Below, piece after piece: positions 13,019-27,135 of a stretch of DNA of 64,000 nucleotides (positions are counted from its first letter, which is position 1; every line of letters begins with the position of its first letter). This DNA is from Octopus sinensis (taxonomy: Eukaryota), in assembly GCF_006345805.1 (NCBI RefSeq), contig NC_043011.1, positions 19,108,464 through 19,172,463 on the forward strand, given 5' to 3'. The translations under genes were made by a program, and so were the position numbers. The notes beneath the pieces were generated by a model that ran no database searches, was not told the DNA's origin, and was given only the letters and a program-made list of their open reading frames with translations.

Positions 13019-14196
13019 ATATTATTAAAACACAAAAATTTAGTATTAGGAAAATATTTTACTATACAACTCCGATGTTATTCTCAAGTAAATTCTCTTG
13101 TTCTTTCTCTACCACGCCACATTTAGTTTTCTATAAAATAAAATTGCAATATGTATGGATTAATGTATTTTTCGTACCCCAGTTATAATTACCGATTTGT
13201 AAACACCTGAATCCAAATCATAGATTGTTGACTGTATAGCTACTTATACAAATGCTGCTTTCTCTTATATATTTTTAATACAGAAAGCCATAATGAGTTT
13301 CATAAAATACGTTATTTTGTGAAATTTAATTTGCATAGTATAGAGGTGTAATTCCTGATAAACATAGATGTCTCTAATATCTACAAATAAACGATAAACG
13401 ATAAAAGAACTAATACCAGATGGGTTTCTACTAACAACGCTACTTAATCGTCATGTAACAGCTATCATGGACCGTTCCAGTAAAATACCTATCGAGCATC
13501 GAGGTAGCATTCTCAACGCAGATCTATCATTACGTGGCATATTTGTTTTGTACCTGAGTATGGCGGTGAGGTAGGTGCTATCAATGACATTGTTAAGGAG
13601 TCGGAACTCAGCTGACTATTTTATTCCACACAGAAAATTATAATTCTCACGTCAGCATTCATAAAATGTATCATTGGTACAGCTATAATCATAGAGTAAC
13701 TTAAGTAATGTACACCTAATCATTAATGAGGCATATTTAAAAAATGGTGCCTTTTAACATATTTTATCGTTGTTTAAGAAATCAAATTTTTTTTGAATAT
13801 GTAATTGAATAAAAGAGTTAAATTTTTGTGACACGTATTCAACGTTGAAAACCTTTCCGACAATCCTGTCTTCGAACGGAATATTCATTTTCATTTTAAT
13901 TAAATAGAATGTCAATGGCTCTAAATGTTTAGATAAAATGAAGGATAGCGTTAAATATCTTCAAAAATCCTTACTAAATAAACATTTTCAATAGTAAAGT
14001 TCCCTGCAAATGACATGTATTCAAATAGAATACTGGCAATTCGATGTTTTCTCATTATATTTTCAACTGAGTATCGTAAGTTCAATTACACATCGAAACA
14101 CGAAGAGCAATTACGCTGTATTATGTCAGTAGGAACACTAATAGTTAATGCACCTGCCAAGATACACATACGCGAGAGCGCGCCTGCGCGTATTTA

Positions 14197-14243
<47 letters not shown>

Positions 14244-14398
14244 AATAATAATAAGGGTAAAATTAATTAATTAGTAATTAATAATTTTACCAAGCAGTGT
14301 TCACTATGTAAAAGGACCATTTATGGTAAATTTAAACGTTACGTTATATAATAAGGGTTCAGCAAAATATTTACTTTACCACACGCCGAACTTTTAGA

Positions 14399-14498
14399 AA
14401 TAGCAGCCAAAGAATTTAGCTATTTCCCCTACTATGTGAAGAGTCTCCCAGACAATGTATAGATTCTTCTTATAGTAGGGGAATTCTTTGGCTGCTAT
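14399..14498. repeat. Hairpin inverted repeat (~27-bp arms, 7-nt bulge) enclosing a decayed hammerhead-like core
   Basis: atagcagccaaagaa(tttagctat)ttcccctactat ... atagtaggggaattctttggctgctatt; loop contains GTGAAGA-GTCT(CCC)AGAC. Confidence 0.7.
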
Positions 14499-14513
14499 TA
14501 TATAAAGTAATAT

Positions 14514-14557
<44 letters not shown>

Positions 14558-15399
14558 CGTGTGTACTTTTTTGTATGCTTAATTGAACAAGTTGCTGCTT
14601 TACAATCCCCTTCTTTACATGATTTCCCCTTTCAATCTCCGCCCGTACTTACTGCAATTTAGCTCTCTCCGAATTCTTTATTTTTGACTTCGATCCAATT
14701 ATCGTCCACGTGTTTCCCTCAGAGACATATTTACTGTGCGTATTGTTTTGTCCTTCGTTTCTAGTTGGTTGTGTCATTTACATTTTTACAAACACACAAA
14801 CACACACACTCACACATACATACACACACACACATAGACATATATCACCTAATTCGTTCAATGTACCACCCTGCGTGCATATGGGAAACAACTATGGATC
14901 AATAGGCAAAAAGCAATACTGTTTTCTAATGTACGCAATTTAATTTCTAATATATGTAATTTAAAATTATTTTTCTGGCGTTGATACTCTAGTTCTCAGT
15001 TGTGACGGAATCTGTAGAATTAGCTTCAATTTTTGCTCCTTAGCGAATAATATATTCTTGTAAAGGTCCACCCAACCGGTCAGATAATGTTTTGCGTTAG
15101 TCCATAAATTACCAGATAATTAATATGGTATGGGCCCATTGCTAATATCTTCGATTTTACCATTTAGGAATCATTTATGAGTATGTTTCGTGGACGTCTT
15201 GTATATCAACTAACAATGAAAGAATTTGATTTGCTTATACAGGACTTTTCAATATTTTTTATGACACTGCTTAGATAAAATCCAAAGCCAGATAAAGTGC
15301 TGGTTTGTTGATATGTTCTGTGAGTGTATACTTTTGTGAAAGTTACGTTTGGAATCTGTAAACACAAAATGCCCTTTCACATGTTATTTTATTAAGATT

Positions 15400-16810
15400 T
15401 ACCATTTACGGTACGGCATATATTTCCTCCAGTACCTTCATTCCACCGACTTTCCCAGAGGGTACTACATTTACAAGCTTTGGCGTCACCAAACGTTATA
15501 CCATATACCTCAAACTTTGGGCCTAGAAGCAGTCAACACTGGGTAGAGAAACATAGAGGACGGATAAATGAACGCTTGGAAATTGACTTTATCACCAAGA
15601 CCACAAGCCTGGTAATAATAAATCATATCGACAGTAAAGGGCACGCATATGAGTACGCAGTTTGCACCCTCATGTGCTCACCTAGTCGTGGGATACTTGG
15701 AAGAAAAGCTTTATGGGGAGGTAGAGAGAGCATTTAATCATGATTGAAAGATATACGTCATTAAAAAGTGGAAACGCTTTCTCGATGATTCCGTTATCTT
15801 TTGGAACACATCATATATTTAATAATATACTCAACAAGCTTCACCTACCCATCAAATTCACGACAGAAACCCGTTGCAATAAATTACCATTATTGGATAT
15901 TCACAAAAAATACACAATTCCACAGTCACAACACATGTTTTACACAAAAAACGGACACGCATCAGTATTTGAATTTCAAATATGTGCATCCCTCACCCAT
16001 CAAAAGTAACATTCCATAGAGCATGGAAAGACGTGTCTGTACTATAGTGATTGACCCCAAAATACGTCAAATACGACTCAACGAGGCTTCCTAACAAAAC
16101 AGAAATACCCCTTAGAATTAATAGACGATGGGATAAAAAAAGGCGATGATGCTGTACATCACACAGTGAGGGACACCACTGATTAAATTAATGAACATAT
16201 GATTCCATAAATCAATACGCTTAACTCTGGAATAGCTAAACATCTTTCACACCATAAAATCAAACCTACCTATACTTCTACAAAACCCCACCATAAAAAA
16301 TATGATTGATAAAAACTCCTTATGAAACTGTTGACGCCAACATAAAATCTGAAAAATAGACCCCACAGTAGAAAATTTCATTTCAGATAACGAATCAGAA
16401 TTTTCCGTAAAAGAATGTGGAGATGGCATTTATAGAACATGCAACAACAACTTCAAATATCTGGAAAGTGGTTCCCGCCTAAAATTCAGGAGCGGATTCT
16501 CGTTGGAATTAAATGCAGATATGACTGCAAGATGCAGATTCACATATACTGCATTACTTGCTCCAAGTGCAAGGAGAATTACATTGGCGAAACAAACAAT
16601 TCTCTCTGCCAGCGTACAAGAATCCGCAGACAGCACATCCAACAAGAGGGATTGCGCAAGATTCCACCGGCCAAACAGCTAGAAATATTCGGTGAAAGTA
16701 AGTTCAAAACCTTTCATTTTTACAAACGCTCAAGAAATGGCCTAAATTTCCAAAAAGCAATGGAGCTACACTTCATCAAAATATCCTCGCCAAATGTTTG
16801 AAAGTGAACC
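15400..16810 (+). pseudogene. Decayed Penelope-like element, RT plus GIY-YIG (Neptune-like)
   Basis: Frame-shifted motifs: SFGVTKRY..PQTLGLEAV; KGTHMSTQFAPSCAHLVVGYLEEKL; WKRFLDD (15769-15789); IKFTTE...LPLLDI; HIYCITCSKCKENYIGETNNSL. Confidence 0.9.
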
Positions 16811-17996
16811 AGAGGAACTACATTTTGTCAAAAAGACTGGAAAGAAAAACAGAGACAATATGCATGAAAAACCCTCCAAATGAAACTAAATATGAATATT
16901 GCATGGTTAGCTCACACAAACGTTGTGCCCAGTAATACGACTAGGGAGTTGTAATGCAAATGAATTTTCGAACGAACGCTATATTTCTCCCAACAATATC
17001 CACATATTATGTAAGGTGACATCAATGTATGCTAGATGCTGTTAGAGACTGTCAAGAAAGCTTCTTCATGATCATTTTACCATTTTATTACAGATTTTTA
17101 ATAGTAATGATGATGGATGAAGAGAAAACATTTATATTACTCTGTTACAGTTGGTTCTGAATGTGGCTCCAATGGTATTAACGTAATTCTCATCCTTATA
17201 AATGATCAATATAAAAAAAAAACATTTGGGTTTTGAGAACTGTTATTCTTAAAGGATTTGCAAATATCAGAGAAAGGATACTAGAACTATTTTACTGCTG
17301 GTTAGAAAAGGTATGCGATGAAGCCGCTTGGAAGGTAATTCGTGAGAAAGATCTCCTTTGAATTACTTTATGCAAGCAAGCAAGAAAAATAAGAATAAAT
17401 CCTACAAAAGGATGTAAAATACTCAGATATATATTTAAGAGCATACGTTCTTATATAATTTATATCCTACAGAGTGACTTCCAGCTAAATATACAATATA
17501 CATGTTATTACAAACGCATTCATGATGTTTGATTAAATGTATATAGAGAATAGATTGAATTATAAACAATACCGATCTCAAAGCATTTTTAATTATTTTC
17601 TGTCATTATTTTCCTAATTTATGAATGTTGTACTAATATTTAAGGTATGTTCGTGCAAAACATAGAATTACACAGGATATGGGATTTGACTATACAAGTG
17701 TAAACGAATATACATTTTCATAGGACTTTGAAATTTGAAATTATTTCACTCTCCAGTGATGACCGCACCCTATCATCATTTCTTATCTTTCCAATCCTGT
17801 TTATTTACGAATATTTCTATGGGTATATAATGTAAAACGAGAGAAATAAAAAAGGCGAAAGAAAGAGAAGAAAAAAGCAGAAATCGTTCGTAATGAAATT
17901 TGAATGGGCTGACTTCATTAACTTAAAAATAGGCCCCTCTCTCTCTCTCGCTACCTGTCTAGCTCACTATCTATCTGTCTATTTACCTATCTATCG

Positions 17997-18029
<33 letters not shown>

Positions 18030-18693
18030 ATATCTATCCTTTCCCAATATTTTACTATTTTTGCTCTTTCTAAAACCTTTCTCTCTCTCTGTCTATTTCT
18101 CCCCACTCTTTGCTTTGCTTTCTCTCTTTCTCATTTGTTCCAAAATAAACGAACGAAAGCGCTAATAAATGATCATCCAAAATTCTGAATGGCTATTTTT
18201 TTCTCAATATACTATACGGGTGCACCACTTCAAACATTCTATATACACACAGACACACAGACACACATACACACTCACACACACACACACGCACACACAC
18301 CCACACACACACACACACACATTGTGAATCGCCTTGTTTTCGTTATATATATTGCCGAGATGCTTCATTCTTGATATGGAAATGATATGTACTGGTTAGT
18401 ACCTTCTGGATTTTGACACGAATGGCTCGAATCCCAACAAGCGTCGAATCAAATAGCCTAAATGTTGGTATGAGTACTGGCGCTGCAAACACATTTGCAT
18501 ATATGCATTATTATGTATGTATTGACTCCGTTAAGTCATAACAGTACCCTTCACGAGTTGTTAAATCTTAATATATCAGAATGATAGCAAGTCAAAAAAT
18601 GGGAATATTTGTAAGAAAGCCTACCAGAAAAATATACATGTGTATATACATTCAAAAGATCATACGCGTGTATGTGTGTATATGGGTGTATAT

Positions 18694-18787
<94 letters not shown>

Positions 18788-19111
18788 TGTGTGTATGATT
18801 TAACTTATTAAACACAGTACAACAAATTAATTCATTTTTATGTAAATGGAGACTAGATGTTAACATGGATTATGCCTTTTATTACACATGTTGCTATACA
18901 ATTTGTTTCGTACAGAAGGACAGATATATTCATTATAGAAAATCGAGTTGTCAAAGTGTACTCGTCGATGGCTTGGATAAAAACTGAAAGTGGCGGAGAG
19001 AGTACATAGATTTTCTGTTAGTAATCATGTTGTAATGTTTTTGTTTGTTGTTGGGGTAATGTCTATTTTAAACAAGACTAAAAAAATATAAGCACACATT
19101 TTTTAGCAATA

Positions 19112-19315
19112 TTCTTTTCTACTCTAGGCACAAGAAATTTTGGGGGGAGGGTCTAGTCGATTAGATCGATCCCACTACGCAAATAGTACTTAATTTATCG
19201 ACCGCGAAAGGATGAAAGCAAAGTCGACCTTGGCGAAATTTGAAATCAGAACGTAAAGACAGGCGAAATACCAGTAAGCATTTTGCCCGGTGTGTTAACG
19301 TTTCTGCGAGCTCGC
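19112..19315 (-). mobile_element. tRNA-derived SINE
   Basis: Minus-strand head 'gcgagctcgcagaaacgttaacacaccgggcaaaatgc...ttcaaatttcgcc' and core 'gtcgactttgctttcatcc..gtcgataaattaagtac'. Same family at 20190 and 63541. Confidence 0.8.
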
Positions 19316-20189
19316 ATCGTTAATATATATAGCAACATCAAAATATTAAAAGGCTGACATTTTCTTTATGAATTTCTATATATGTGTTTATTTAAATAAA
19401 TTCAACTTTCCTCCTTTGAGTACAACAAATTACAGAAAGGTAGAAATGGATTATGCTACAAGAAATTCGTAATTAAATTTTCTGTTTAGGATTAGAAAAG
19501 AATTTTGAATACTAATAGAAATTTTACAATTTACTAACACAGATGGCGAAATCAGACGCCAACAAAGTTTTTAAATAGCTGAGGTAAGAAGCAAAAATAA
19601 TGTATAGCATAAAATGTGAAAAATATGAATCTAAGTTTCAAATTGGCTTAAGAATGCATTGATGATTTCTTTGTAAGGAATTTTCTCACGGGGTACATAA
19701 CTGAATAAATTGTACATGGTATGAAAGATCAAAACTTTCGCAATGATTGGTGAAAAGTGCAGGGCCCCAAAATATGTCTATAGAATTTTAGTTATATTTT
19801 CAAACCATCGGGAACAATAAAAAGTTCGCAATCAAATAGATTATAATAAATATCTTAATTTACTACAAAGCATTATTCTATTATAGACAAGAGAAAACAC
19901 AAATAGAAGAATGTCAATTTTGAGATTTCTTACAAATGAGCTTTTGAGCTTACTTACACTGGACACGAGAGAAGAAAAAGGTTTTAAGAATTTACACCAA
20001 ATACAACATAAGAAGAAAATTAAGCAACCATACGTTTATTTTTGCGTGATTAATCAGGAAAAGAAGTACCTGAAAAAACAAGGTATATCATGACAGACTA
20101 TTCAAATAATAGTTAGTGTAAATGAAATTGAGAAAATATTTAAATATCTGTTTCAAATTATGATACATGTCCAGCAAATAAATTTCGGG

Positions 20190-20380
20190 ACTGCGGTAAT
20201 GCGATTACATCGACCTCAGTGCTTAACTGGTACTTATTTTATCGGCCTTAAATAAAGGAAAGACAAATTAAACAACGGCAGAATTTGAAATCAAAACGTA
20301 AAGGAACACAAAATGCTATGTTCTATCCCCCCCCCCCCCCGGCGTCCTATAGATTCTACCAGCACTCCGCCTTAAACGTA
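20190..20380 (-). mobile_element. Decayed SINE, same family as 19112
   Basis: 'cgattacatcgacctcagtgcttaactggtacttattttatcg...ggcagaatttgaaatcaaaacgtaaagg'. Confidence 0.7.
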
Positions 20381-21384
20381 CTGAAATATTAAAGCATTAA
20401 AAATATAGCTTAATTAATAAATAATTGAGAACATAGAAATTGCATATGTGGTCATCATGAGAATAACTCCGATAATGGACAATATTGTACATACGTAGAG
20501 CGCTTTTATTCCAATGATAAATTTAGATGCGAAAGAAAAGTTTACGTAAAACTTTACAAAAGTAAACGTTCCCTTGTTAGGAGCACAGTGAAGCAAAATA
20601 TGCAGTAAAATAAATATCTGATCAATGAACCAACATTACTGCATTTGCTACGTTGCTTGAACTGCACAGATTTCTAATTTGGTCACATAGTAATGTGTAT
20701 AGAAGCTAAAATTTCCGAGTTTTCTATCTCATTTGTTTTAATTTCTAAAGAAACCATTATTATGTATTCATTAGTTGCGAGCATCAGTAAAGGTAAGATT
20801 AGTTAAAGGGCAATATATGGTGATTTTCATAATATTATCGAACTAAAATAATAAAATCTAGATTAAAATTTCAATGAGGTATTAATATGCAAGGATTAAT
20901 TACTTGAAAATATTTGATTGAAATAACAAAAAAAAAATAGTCATGTGAATATGGGATATAATATTGAATTTAATCAAATCTTGAATGAAATTTTCAATAA
21001 AATATGTAAATTTCTACAAAGAGTATGCCTCCATTTCTTAAGATAGAGATCTATTACCATATGTAATTAAAATCTGTAAAGGTGTAAACAGCAAAAGAGT
21101 GAAATAATGATGTCTACAAAGTATCACTGCACAGAAGAAATTTCGAAATATCACCAATAAACAATTTACAGGACTGATTTTCATAGAAATACATAAAATC
21201 ATGTTTATATGGTTGCTCATGTTGACACATAAAACCGCACACAAACACACACACACACACACGCACACACACATACACACACACACACACGCACAAACGC
21301 ACACAAATATATATATATATAATATATATATATAATATATATATATAATATATATATATATTATATATATATATATATGCAGGA

Positions 21385-21790
21385 GTTAACACCCAGCTTC
21401 ATAGCATCATAATTGCTCACACGCATATGATGTACCGGTAGGAGCGCGGGCTACTAGCCCCAAGCTTTCGTGTTCGATTCCAGGTAGTGACCTGAATAAT
21501 AATAATAATAAGAAGAAGAAGAAGAAGAAGAAGAAGAAAAAGAAGAAGAAGAAATGCCTTAATATAGTACCAGAGAGTGGCTCTCATGGCTTCTGATCTT
21601 AGCTGATTGGTAGCGTCATCATGTACATTGTTTTGTCTTGGTATAAAAGATGAGCTATAGCAAATATTCTGCTCAAAACCACAGATTTGCTTGTCAGTTG
21701 TTTGACCTTAACCAGTTGAACATGCCCCTTAGTAGCTGATGATATGTGCATCTCTGACCATCTCTGTGTGTTGAAAGTAATTCTTGGAGG
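21385..21790 (+). mobile_element. Probable SINE with an internal (AAT)n/(AAG)n tract
   Basis: tRNA-like head with B-box GTTCGATTCC at ~21472; GC-richer than flanks. Confidence 0.5.
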
Positions 21791-22031
21791 TTTGGATAAT
21801 TCACCTTTGGAAACATGGGTGGTTCGTTCAACATCCTTAAACAATCCATTTTCAGGGAGCAATCCTGCTATGGAAATTTGAAACAAATAGAGAGCATTTA
21901 AATAGTATGAAGACAATAATATATTAATAATTAATTAACCTCAAATACACGGCGAACAGTCTATCTATCTATCTATCTATCTATCCATCTATTTGTTAGT
22001 CTGTTTCTATGTATGTATGTATGTATGTATG

Positions 22032-22102
<71 letters not shown>

Positions 22103-22124
22103 TTATCTATCTATCTATTTATGT

Positions 22125-22668
22125 CAAGTCACATTTGAGTGCTACTGGTAACATGTAACCCAGTACAACCTGTTGCAAGGTCGGGTTGTCGGCGACTAAA
22201 CGGGCAACCCCACCAACCTTGCTTGGTGAGGAGGGTGTTTATTGGACACCCTGCGGGATGAAAAACAAAACCTGTCAAAGGGCGGAAGAACTCTTGAGAG
22301 TCAACGGCCATGCAATAAATGTCTTAAGGCTGTATCATGCGCGGGCCATGGAAATAATCGGACTGAATACCGGATCGCGCAGTTAAACCATTGGGAGTGA
22401 AGGTCTCCTAGCCTTTGTTAGGGCATCCTTCTAGAAGGTAACTCAGGTAAATGGGATAACTCCGACATAAAACCTGCAGCTCAGTGGTTACTAATGATGT
22501 TGACTTCTTCTTTTCGGATTATGGCTGCTGTTGCTTAGTGAGTGGGATTGACTCAGTGCACAGCCTTTCCTCACTTAAAAAAAATCTTCTTGCACAGGCG
22601 TTGCGTGATAACAACATTGATTAAGCTTCATGCAATGGCCATACTCGATAACGAGGGGGCAGCCACCG
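22125..22668 (+). mobile_element. Interspersed repeat resembling an RTE-type LINE 5' region, embedded in (TCTA)n
   Basis: GC-rich 540-bp block flanked on both sides by (TCTA)n; 'ggcgactaaacgggcaacc' and 'gggcatccttctagaaggtaactc..aaaacc' resemble RTE 5' UTRs (from recollection, not searched). Confidence 0.4.
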
Positions 22669-22736
<68 letters not shown>

Positions 22737-25007
22737 CCTATCTATCTATCTATGTGTGTATGTATCTCTGCCTTTCTAACAATCTAACTTTCTACCCCTA
22801 TATATATATATATATATATATATAAATGTCGATTGTGTACAACTTGCACAAGGTTACAATTGGTATTTTTGCAATGATATACTGATTACGCCGTTTATTA
22901 GATGAGAAGGTTTCTTGAAACAGTAGTCAAAAATAATACATATTTATCTATTCAATCATAGTTTCTAGACAAACGGTAGAATAACCTCGATTGACCATTC
23001 AAAATATTTCAATTCTAAATAATTAATATACGCTTTTCTGCAAGTGAACTTCTGTTTGAGATTGCATCGATTGAAATTATACGTTGTACTCACATTCAAA
23101 CATACATACAACACAAATCACACACACACAAAAAATACGTAAATGTGTGTGCGTGTATTTGTGTGTGTGTATGCATGTATGTATACAATCTTATTTTAAA
23201 ATTATATGTAAGATTATGAAGTACATAATCTTAGAAGCACTAGAATAGATTCACTATTTTCACCAGCGATACAGACCTTTTAAAACATATCTAACTGTAT
23301 TATTTATTCTTGGGAAAATTCTAACAATGAGAAGAAAACCAAATTGAATTTAGAAGTTCAAGGAGAAGATGAGTTTATCGTGTGAAAGAAACTTTCTTTT
23401 TTTGAAAGATATATGTTGGGAAATTGATTAGACATTAATAAAAAAGACTTATGTATGAGAAAAGAAGGAGGGAAAATATAATGGTAGACGAAGCCTTTTA
23501 AAAACCGCTACCTTAAAAAAACATTAAATTTGTCTACAAATTTCAGTGTTAATAAATTATTGAAAATAGTCTTATAAATATATTTCATTGACCGCCTTTT
23601 GGATTTTGTACAGAGAAGAACTTTACACAGGATAAGGCATTTTTGGTTAAACGTTTATTTTATGTATTTGTGTCGATAGAGATTAAATTAGCCTGTTTTT
23701 TTCATTTTTTCTTTTGTAATTAAGAAAGGTGGAAGTGTATACTTGATGTCTGATTATTAAAATCGATGCATCATAATCTCAATAATCTCCATTCCCAAAC
23801 GAATTGTTGAAATTGCAAACGTAATATACGGGCCGAAATTAGAACAGGAAAGATGAAAAAAAATACTGTGCTCTCAAAGGTCTTACACTGCATTAATTTA
23901 GAGCAACTATAAACATTTTTGCCTGAAATTTTCACAAATTTATGCTCGTTGTAAATATATATATATATGTAAAAATTTGTAGAAGATAAAAATTCCAGTT
24001 GTCAGTACCTTACATCCGAAAACGAAATCGTGCTTACAGTGTTTTATAAGACTTGGATGGCATACATGTTTATATCAAAAATTAAAAATATAAAAGATAA
24101 TAAAAGATACAAAAATATAATTAAAATAATAAGATATAAAGTGTAAGTGAAGTAAGATAAGAGAACTTGTAAACAGTATATGCGTGTGTAGATACATGTA
24201 TTCGAGGGAGAATAAATAGATTTCTGTAATGCGAGATATTATAAATAATATCAAGTTAAAAACCTTGAAAGGTAAGATTCAGTTAAAAACCTACGGCCGT
24301 TTCACAAACTTTTAAGGGGCTGTAGGAACGGCGGTAGCTTTTCAAATGATTTTTATTTTCATTGATTTTAACTGGCTTTTACTTCCATGATATCTCCCAT
24401 TACTGAAATCTATTTATTCTCCCTCGGATACATATATCTACACACGCATACACGGTTTTCAAGTTTTTATACCTTACTTCATTTCCACTTTATTTATTAT
24501 TACTAATTCTTCAATGCGGTGACCTAGCATGGCTGCAGTTTAGTAACAGAAACTTATAAAAAGGAAAAGATAAGCTAAAATCATATTATGCATTTTATTA
24601 GCAATATCCGTCATATCAGCATACAAATCCGTCATAATTATTAACATGAAAACTTTATTCATGAAGTATCGAGAATTACGAAAATTTGGATAAAATACTC
24701 ACTCGAAACATCTGAGTGCGAAGTGTTAGTAGCTAACATTGCAAAACTGTGAAAAGTAATAAAATTTGATATATATAAATATTAATATATGTAACCAAAT
24801 ATTATTTATATATCACCCATTAATTAATCGCTTAGGCGCGTGAGTGTTTCGGCTAATGGACACTTTATGTTTGAATCTTGGACAAGACCTTAAATCATGC
24901 AACCCCAATTTATTTGTTTTAGTATGATGCATAAGAATTCTTTGAACAGTATGAAAAATTAAGATATATAATACTTCATAGTTATCTATCTATCTCTCTC
25001 TCTCTCA

Positions 25008-25059
<52 letters not shown>

Positions 25060-26125
25060 CAAATGGTTGGTTTAAATCTCACAGAGTAATCGTTCTTTCA
25101 CGGTCAACTTTACGTTGGATGCTCCCGTGTTGGCAGGCCACAAAGTCTATACATTTGTGCATCAGAAGGGAAAAGAGAAACGTTGCTTACAAACAAGCGC
25201 TCCACTGAAAATGTAACATTTCTTCACATCTTTCAAATCGCCCTTGTCATCTGCCGCATCAAAAGCTTGGTAGTCATCGCGCCGGCCAACGTAATTCAAT
25301 GAGATACAACTTCACTCACTCTCTCTCTTTCCCCCCTCTTTCTCACATACACACGCGCAAGCTGGCACGAGCACACGCACACACACAAACGTCCATTTCA
25401 TATGGCTTCGACTGTCCTTTCTAGCATGTAAGACGTCCTGTGAGAGGTCATCTCTTTCGTGGCTTAAATTGTTTATGCACTATTATATATATGCAAATGT
25501 ATCTTTTCTACTAAGGTATATATATATATATATATTTATATATAGGTACATATATGTATGTATGAAATTATGAATGTATGTATATATGCATGTATGTAAT
25601 TCTTTATATGCCCGATCAGCTTATAATGCATAGAACATAATTACGTATATGGTCTATTCAGATTATTTTCACACGTGTTCATTGCCTAAAACAGCATGAT
25701 TATCAAAGGCTTGTTGGCTGAGATTCATGCAATTATACATTTATTGATTATTAAGATCTGGTCCCTAAACCAACGATTGCATTAATAAGGGATAATGTAT
25801 AACACATTGCGCAAGTGAGATATGATAGATTACTGGATATATGATTGTATAAGCTAATTTTTGATTGAAATTTATATCTTCCTGCTTATATAGTGTCATG
25901 ATATCCAACAAATTCTTTACTAGCAGATGTTTCCGTATTCTGTTACTAAAGCCATACTTGTAATTTAAGGATATTTTATACATATACTTTTGTATAAAAT
26001 GCTATTGGATTGCAAATATATGCACATGTTTCTGTCCATATGTTTGTACATACACGTATAAAATGCATTTATTGATTGCTAGCCACTAAACATTTATTAA
26101 TTCCTCTCCCTGTTTATTTCTGTGT

Positions 26126-26165
26126 TCTTTTCTGTCGAAGAGCGTAGGCTCGAAACGTAAGAGGG
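26126..26165 (+). ncRNA. Hammerhead-like motif with a variant core
   Basis: UCUUUU-CUGUCGA-A-GAGC(GUAG)GCUC-GAAA-CGU-A-AGAGG; A6 is replaced by U and there is an extra A before stem II. Confidence 0.35.
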
Positions 26166-26351
26166 TTTCTCTCTTCCCGAGCGTTAAAATAATGCGTCCG
26201 TTTATCTGATTGTTGTTCACACACTCGTCTTCGTCTTTTGTTTGATTTTGTAAATTCTCACTATATATTTTATTTTATTTTATTTTATTTTATCTAGTTT
26301 CAGCTCACGAGCTGTGGCCATGCTGGGCCACCGCCATTATAAATACTTTAT

Positions 26352-27135
26352 TAAAAGCAGCAGAAATATCACAAGATCTGTTACTCAGAGTTTCACGTTC
26401 CTGTTCGACGCACAGTTTTGTTAGAATGGAACAGAAATTACGATATAATCGAATATAGAACTAGTTTAAACGATACATCTTTGAAAATGGCTTTCTTTCA
26501 GTGGTCCTTTCAACTAACGGTCTTAAGCATGCAATGAACAAAACAAATTCAGTATAAATTCCTCTTGTTTTAAAATCGAGGAAAACCTTAAATCGAAGCA
26601 CAGATTCTAAATACATCTGGCAAATAATTATATACAAAATATAAATCAATTAATACATTAAAATTAAAATTAAAATACCGATACTATAATACATATATAT
26701 ACTATAATACACGCATATACGAAGAAGCATGTACATAGTTATATACATATATAGACATATATAGGTAAGACATAAATATAAACGCACATACGCATATACA
26801 TATACATATGCACAGTTGCACGCGCACAAAATCTCTTGGTGTATACATATACAGGTCATCTATTACAGACGAAAGAAAGGGGAAGTATACAATAAGCATA
26901 GGGAGGAGGGAGAGAAAAGGAAAAGGAAAGCTAGCGCGAGAAGATAGAAAAGGAGTGTACTGTGTAAGGACGCTATTGTGTATCGAGTAAGAAGAGAAGA
27001 GATACTTCGAGTAAGTAAAGAAAATATAGTAACAGTTTTTGTGATATTTCCGCTGCTTTTAAGGAAGCATATTACTCTATCTCTGGTATTTGAGTACTCT
27101 TTTTCCACCTTGTTTCACATTTATATGCTCACTTC
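26352..27135. mobile_element. Inverted pair of PLE-type terminal repeats (family of 9672-9880) flanking ~640 bp
   Basis: 26352-26415 is the reverse complement of 9740-9810; 27028-27135 matches 9768-9880 directly. Confidence 0.6.

Noticed and set aside
16933-16948. TAATACGACT-AGGGAG, resembling a T7 promoter (possible vector contamination)
   Set aside because: It lacks the central CACTAT and there is no other vector sequence; chance match.
25085-25300. GC-richer unique stretch, open on both strands (e.g. minus LNYVGRRDDYQAFDAADDKGDLKDVKKC)
   Set aside because: No start codon or convincing splice acceptor and no recognisable family; cannot be supported as coding.
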